A DNA stretch of 64,000 nucleotides from Tagaea sp. (GTDB taxonomy: Bacteria > Pseudomonadota > Alphaproteobacteria > CACIAM-22H2). The notes under the pieces are model-generated. The model was not told where the DNA came from and did no database searches. It saw only the letters and a list, made by a program, of their open reading frames with translations. The stretch lies in the NCBI GenBank assembly GCA_965279525.1, contig CBDIIB010000005.1, positions 352,001-416,000 of the forward strand, in the 5' to 3' direction. Made by a program: the position numbers and the translations under genes. Below, piece by piece: positions 60,891 to 64,000 of the stretch (positions within the stretch are counted from its first letter, which is position 1; each line of letters starts with the position of its first letter).

Positions 60891-61361
60891 TCAGCTCCCG
60901 AATCCGAATCCGAGCGGCAGCGGAACGCCGAACACGCCGGTGAAAAGGCCATACCAGATCGCCGCATTCGCGACGCCGACGGCAATGGCCTGCCGATAGG
61001 TCGCGCGAAAGAGCAGCGCCACGCCGCCGCACAGAAGGAATGTGGCGACCGGAAAGCCCGCGATCGTGTAGAGGGCCGCCGTCCCGAAGCTCAAGCCCAG
61101 CAGCACCCCGAGCTTCCCCGCAAGGGCGCCCTTCGGCCATGGCTCGGCAAGGCCCGGCCGATACGCGTACCAGATCGACAGGGCCGCCAGCACGAAACCC
61201 AGAAAGAGCGGGAAGGCGCGCGGCCCCCAGGGATCGGACGAGAAGCCGTATTCGATGTTGGCGGCGAAAAGGCAATAGACGAGCGCGAAAGCCAGCAGCG
61301 CAAGTCCGGGAATCCGCCGCGCGCCACCGACCGGGCCGGTCTGGCCGTGATTGTTTTCCAA
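60891..61361 (-). CDS. tctB: Tripartite tricarboxylate transporter small membrane subunit
   Basis: DP.GPRAFP, four TM segments and V.LP.G. Confidence 0.88.
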   Translation of the reverse strand: MENNHGQTGPVGGARRIPGLALLAFALVYCLFAANIEYGFSSDPWGPRAFPLFLGFVLAALSIWYAYRPGLAEPWPKGALAGKLGVLLGLSFGTAALYTIAGFPVATFLLCGGVALLFRATYRQAIAVGVANAAIWYGLFTGVFGVPLPLGFGFGS

Positions 61362-61439
61362 GGCAGTCTTCCTTCCCGCTGCGCCGTCGCCGGCCGGGGC
61401 CCCGTTCGCGGGCCCGGCCGGCCGGTCCGCACAGGCCCG

Positions 61440-62405
61440 TTAGAGCCCGGCTTCCTTTGCCAGAAGCTTGAAGCGCGCGACTTCCTCCTTGACGCGGGCA
61501 TCGAACGCCGGACCGATCACGGTGTAGGGGAAGAGCCCGCGTGCGGCACGCTCGCGTTCGAACTCGGGAGTCGCGCTCAGCTTCGTCAGCAACTCGGTCC
61601 ACCACCGGTAATCCGCGTCGCTGACCTTGGGCCCGACATAATAGCCGCGCCACACGGTCCAGATCGCGTCGTAGCCCTGCTCGCGCGCTGTCGGAACAGC
61701 CGCAAGATCGCCGGGCAGACGCTGTTCGGACATCACGGCAAGAATCCGCACCTTGCCGGCCTTGTGGTGCTGGCCCATCTCGCCCGCGTCGCCCGACGCG
61801 ATCTTGATGTGACCGCCCTGCAGCGCCGTCATGACGGCACCGCCGCCTTCGAGCGCCGCATATCGCATCGTGCGGGGTGCCACGCCGACGGCTCTCGCGA
61901 GAACAGCCGCCTTCATCCAGTCCTGGCTGCCGACGGCACCGCCGCCGCCGACCGGCAGGCTGCCCGGATTCTGCTTGAAGGCCTGCATGAGTTCGCCGAG
62001 CGACTTGTAGGGGCTGTCGGCTGCGACCGCGATCACGCCGAAATCCGCGCCGAGGCCGGCGACCCAGCGCACGGCGTTCTCGTCGTGGCGTCCGAACTTG
62101 CCCTGCGCGAGCAGCAGCGCCGAACCGGTCGACGCGGCGATGACAAGGCCCGGATCGCCCGGGCGCGTGCCGATGACGTGGTTGTACGCGACCGCCCCGA
62201 CGCCGCCTTCCATGAAGGTGACGGCCATCGGCTTGTCGATCAGCTTGGCGGCAAGCAGCGAGTTTCCGACGAGCCGGCAGGTGAGGTCGAAGCCCCCGCC
62301 CGGCTGCGCGCCGGCGAGGCATTCGGTCTTGTCGGGTGCGGCTGCGACCGGCAGCGGACCCGCGAACATCAGAATGGCGGCGGCAGCGGCGTATATGGAA
62401 CGCAT
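61440..62405 (-). CDS. tctC: Tripartite tricarboxylate transporter binding protein
   Basis: ECLAGA.PGGGFDLTC, GGVGAVAY, GSQDWMK and WRGYY. Confidence 0.92.
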   Translation of the reverse strand: MRSIYAAAAAILMFAGPLPVAAAPDKTECLAGAQPGGGFDLTCRLVGNSLLAAKLIDKPMAVTFMEGGVGAVAYNHVIGTRPGDPGLVIAASTGSALLLAQGKFGRHDENAVRWVAGLGADFGVIAVAADSPYKSLGELMQAFKQNPGSLPVGGGGAVGSQDWMKAAVLARAVGVAPRTMRYAALEGGGAVMTALQGGHIKIASGDAGEMGQHHKAGKVRILAVMSEQRLPGDLAAVPTAREQGYDAIWTVWRGYYVGPKVSDADYRWWTELLTKLSATPEFERERAARGLFPYTVIGPAFDARVKEEVARFKLLAKEAGL

Positions 62406-62505
62406 GGCGTCATCCCCTCAAAATCGTTTCCGGCAGATTTTTATCTGCCCGGGGGACAAGCTACCGGAGTCGCCTTTCAACCAGCTTTCAGCCGCATGGC
62501 CGTGT

Positions 62506-63798
62506 CTACTTGATCCCTAGGCGCACCTTCAGGCGCGGATCGACGACGGCATCGGCAAGGTCGATTCCGGCGAACTGTTCCTCGTCGACCGTCACGTCGC
62601 GGATGTCGATGCCCGATACGCCCGCACCTGCGAACTTGGCACCACGCAGGTCGGCCGCGCGCAGCACCGCCTTGTCGAGCTTGGCCGCGAACGACCGGCC
62701 GGCGGCGAGCGGCAGCGGCGAGAAGTCGCAGTCGCGCAGGTCGGCGCGCGTGAGCTTGGCACCCGCGAGACTGACGCCGCGCATGTCGGAACCGGCCAGC
62801 TTGCAGTCGCGCAGGTCGGCCCCGGCAAGACGTGCACCCTGGAGCTGGCAGCCGCGCATGTCGAGGCCGACGAAGATCGCGCCCTCCGCGCGCAGGCCCA
62901 CCAGAAGCTGGCCGCTGAGCTTGGGCAGCTTGCGGCAGTCGTAGCCGGAAAGATCGGCGACCTTGCCTTCGGCCCCGCCGGTCTGCGCCCACGCGGCATG
63001 CAGGCGCAGCAGTTCCTCAGGCGCCACACCCTGTTCGGACAGCGCCTTGCCGGCGAGCTTGTCGTCGACGACATCGACCAGCGTGGCGCCGTCGAGCACG
63101 GCGTTGGAAAGCTTGGTGCCGGTCATCACGGCGCCGTCGAGCGAAGCGCCCGTGCAGTTGGCGCCGGTGAGATCCGCACCCGCGAGATTGGCGCCGACGA
63201 GCTGGGCCTTCTGCAGGTTGGCGCGCGCGAGCTTGCAGTCGCGCATGATCGCGTCGGTGAAATCGGCTTGCCCCGCGAGCATGCCGTCCATCGCGGCTTC
63301 GGAAAGGTTCGCCGCCGCCAGCTTGGCGCCCTGCAGCTCGGTTGCCCCCACCTCGCCCAGCTTCAGCGCATGCAGGTTGCCGGCCCTGTCCTTCTGCGTG
63401 ATCGAGCCTTCGCGAAGATCAGCCTGGATGAGGTTGGCGCGCGTCAGGTTCGCCCCGCGCAGGCACGCCCCGCGCAGGTCCGCGCGCATCAGGCTTGCCC
63501 CTTCGAGATCGGCCTCGCGGAAATCGCAGGCGAAGAGCGTGGCGCGGTCGAGCACGCAGTCCGACATCATCGCGCCGCGGAACGAGGCCCCGGTGCAGTC
63601 GGCCTCGGTCAAGTTGGCGCCGGCCATCGCCATGCCGCCGAGATCGGCGAAAGCCAGCATCGCGCGCACGCCGCCGGGCTTGCCCGTGCGGAAGCGCTCG
63701 TGAAGCGCGATCACGTTGGCAAGTTCGGAATGCGACAGCTTCTTGCGCTGGACTTTGGCACTATGGGCCGACAGCATTGCGCCCCCGTTCGCGACCAC
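62506..63798 (-). CDS. Pentapeptide-repeat protein
   Basis: Long A(D/N)LxG repeat runs in two blocks, each preceded by an LH.......G..G..A cap. Start 63777 or 63798. Confidence 0.9.
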   Translation of the reverse strand: MVANGGAMLSAHSAKVQRKKLSHSELANVIALHERFRTGKPGGVRAMLAFADLGGMAMAGANLTEADCTGASFRGAMMSDCVLDRATLFACDFREADLEGASLMRADLRGACLRGANLTRANLIQADLREGSITQKDRAGNLHALKLGEVGATELQGAKLAAANLSEAAMDGMLAGQADFTDAIMRDCKLARANLQKAQLVGANLAGADLTGANCTGASLDGAVMTGTKLSNAVLDGATLVDVVDDKLAGKALSEQGVAPEELLRLHAAWAQTGGAEGKVADLSGYDCRKLPKLSGQLLVGLRAEGAIFVGLDMRGCQLQGARLAGADLRDCKLAGSDMRGVSLAGAKLTRADLRDCDFSPLPLAAGRSFAAKLDKAVLRAADLRGAKFAGAGVSGIDIRDVTVDEEQFAGIDLADAVVDPRLKVRLGIK

Positions 63799-63901
63799 CT
63801 CGTACGATTGCCTCAGTCCGGCATCGAAATCAAGGTGTTAGAGATGTCAGGGCCATGGCACGACGCTGTCCGAGGCCATATTTCATGCACCCGGAGACCC
63901 C

Positions 63902-64000
63902 ATGAACACCCGTCGCGACCTGCTGCTGGCCGGCATCGGCCTCATCGTCCTCCCCGGCCCTGTCGCGGCACAGGGCCTGCTCGACCAGGGGCGCAACCTG
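63902..64000 (+). CDS. Tat-exported protein, 5' fragment (runs off the window)
   Basis: GGAG RBS followed by MNTRRDLLLAGIGLIVLPGPVAAQGLLDQGRNL. Confidence 0.65.
   Translation, partial: MNTRRDLLLAGIGLIVLPGPVAAQGLLDQGRNL

Noticed and set aside
7017-63703. Many long overlapping or antisense ORFs (e.g. 12653-14785, 19157-20989, 50385-52937, 55121-57673, 59869-62322)
   Set aside because: Shadow frames typical of high-GC DNA. They are Arg/Pro/Ala-rich, lack motifs and overlap well-supported genes.
1-64000. CRISPR array, tRNA or rRNA genes
   Set aside because: I saw no regularly spaced repeat-spacer units, cloverleaf or rRNA-like sequence by eye. A tRNAscan/CRISPR scan was not run.

Overview
High-GC alphaproteobacterial chromosome segment (Rhodospirillales-like gene content; taxonomy inferred). 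(1) 1-~6.85 kb is the right end of a visibly lower-GC integrative element. It carries a tyrosine integrase, an exonuclease-less family-A-like polymerase, hairpin-rich non-coding DNA, an IS3 scar and cargo genes. It abuts the 3' end of a suhB/MmgR-type small RNA. (2) 7-36.7 kb is mostly core genes: Mla/Pqi-type ABC system, bolA, corC-aroB-aroK, xerD, malate synthase A with a histone-H1-like tail, mcl, accA, meaB, rpmB, an MCP, cobST and a J-domain gene. A structured, promoter-bearing intergenic region at 21.2-21.5 kb may encode an sRNA. (3) 36.7-55 kb is an 18-gene minus-strand catabolic cluster with a divergent GntR/HutC regulator. It joins known sulfolactate genes (suyAB, slcC, comC, TauE exporter, TauABC-like ABC transporter) to altered succinate dehydrogenase and class I fumarase paralogues, a ThDP enzyme, an enolase-superfamily enzyme and an itaconate-type CoA module. 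I read this as a sulfonate mimic of the C4 arm of the TCA cycle (3-sulfopropionate to sulfoacrylate to sulfolactate to pyruvate + sulfite). (4) 55-64 kb holds a divergent nucleotidyl-cyclase-like gene, a tctDE/tctC/tctCBA locus and a pentapeptide-repeat gene. All family assignments come from motif recognition by eye; no database search was run.
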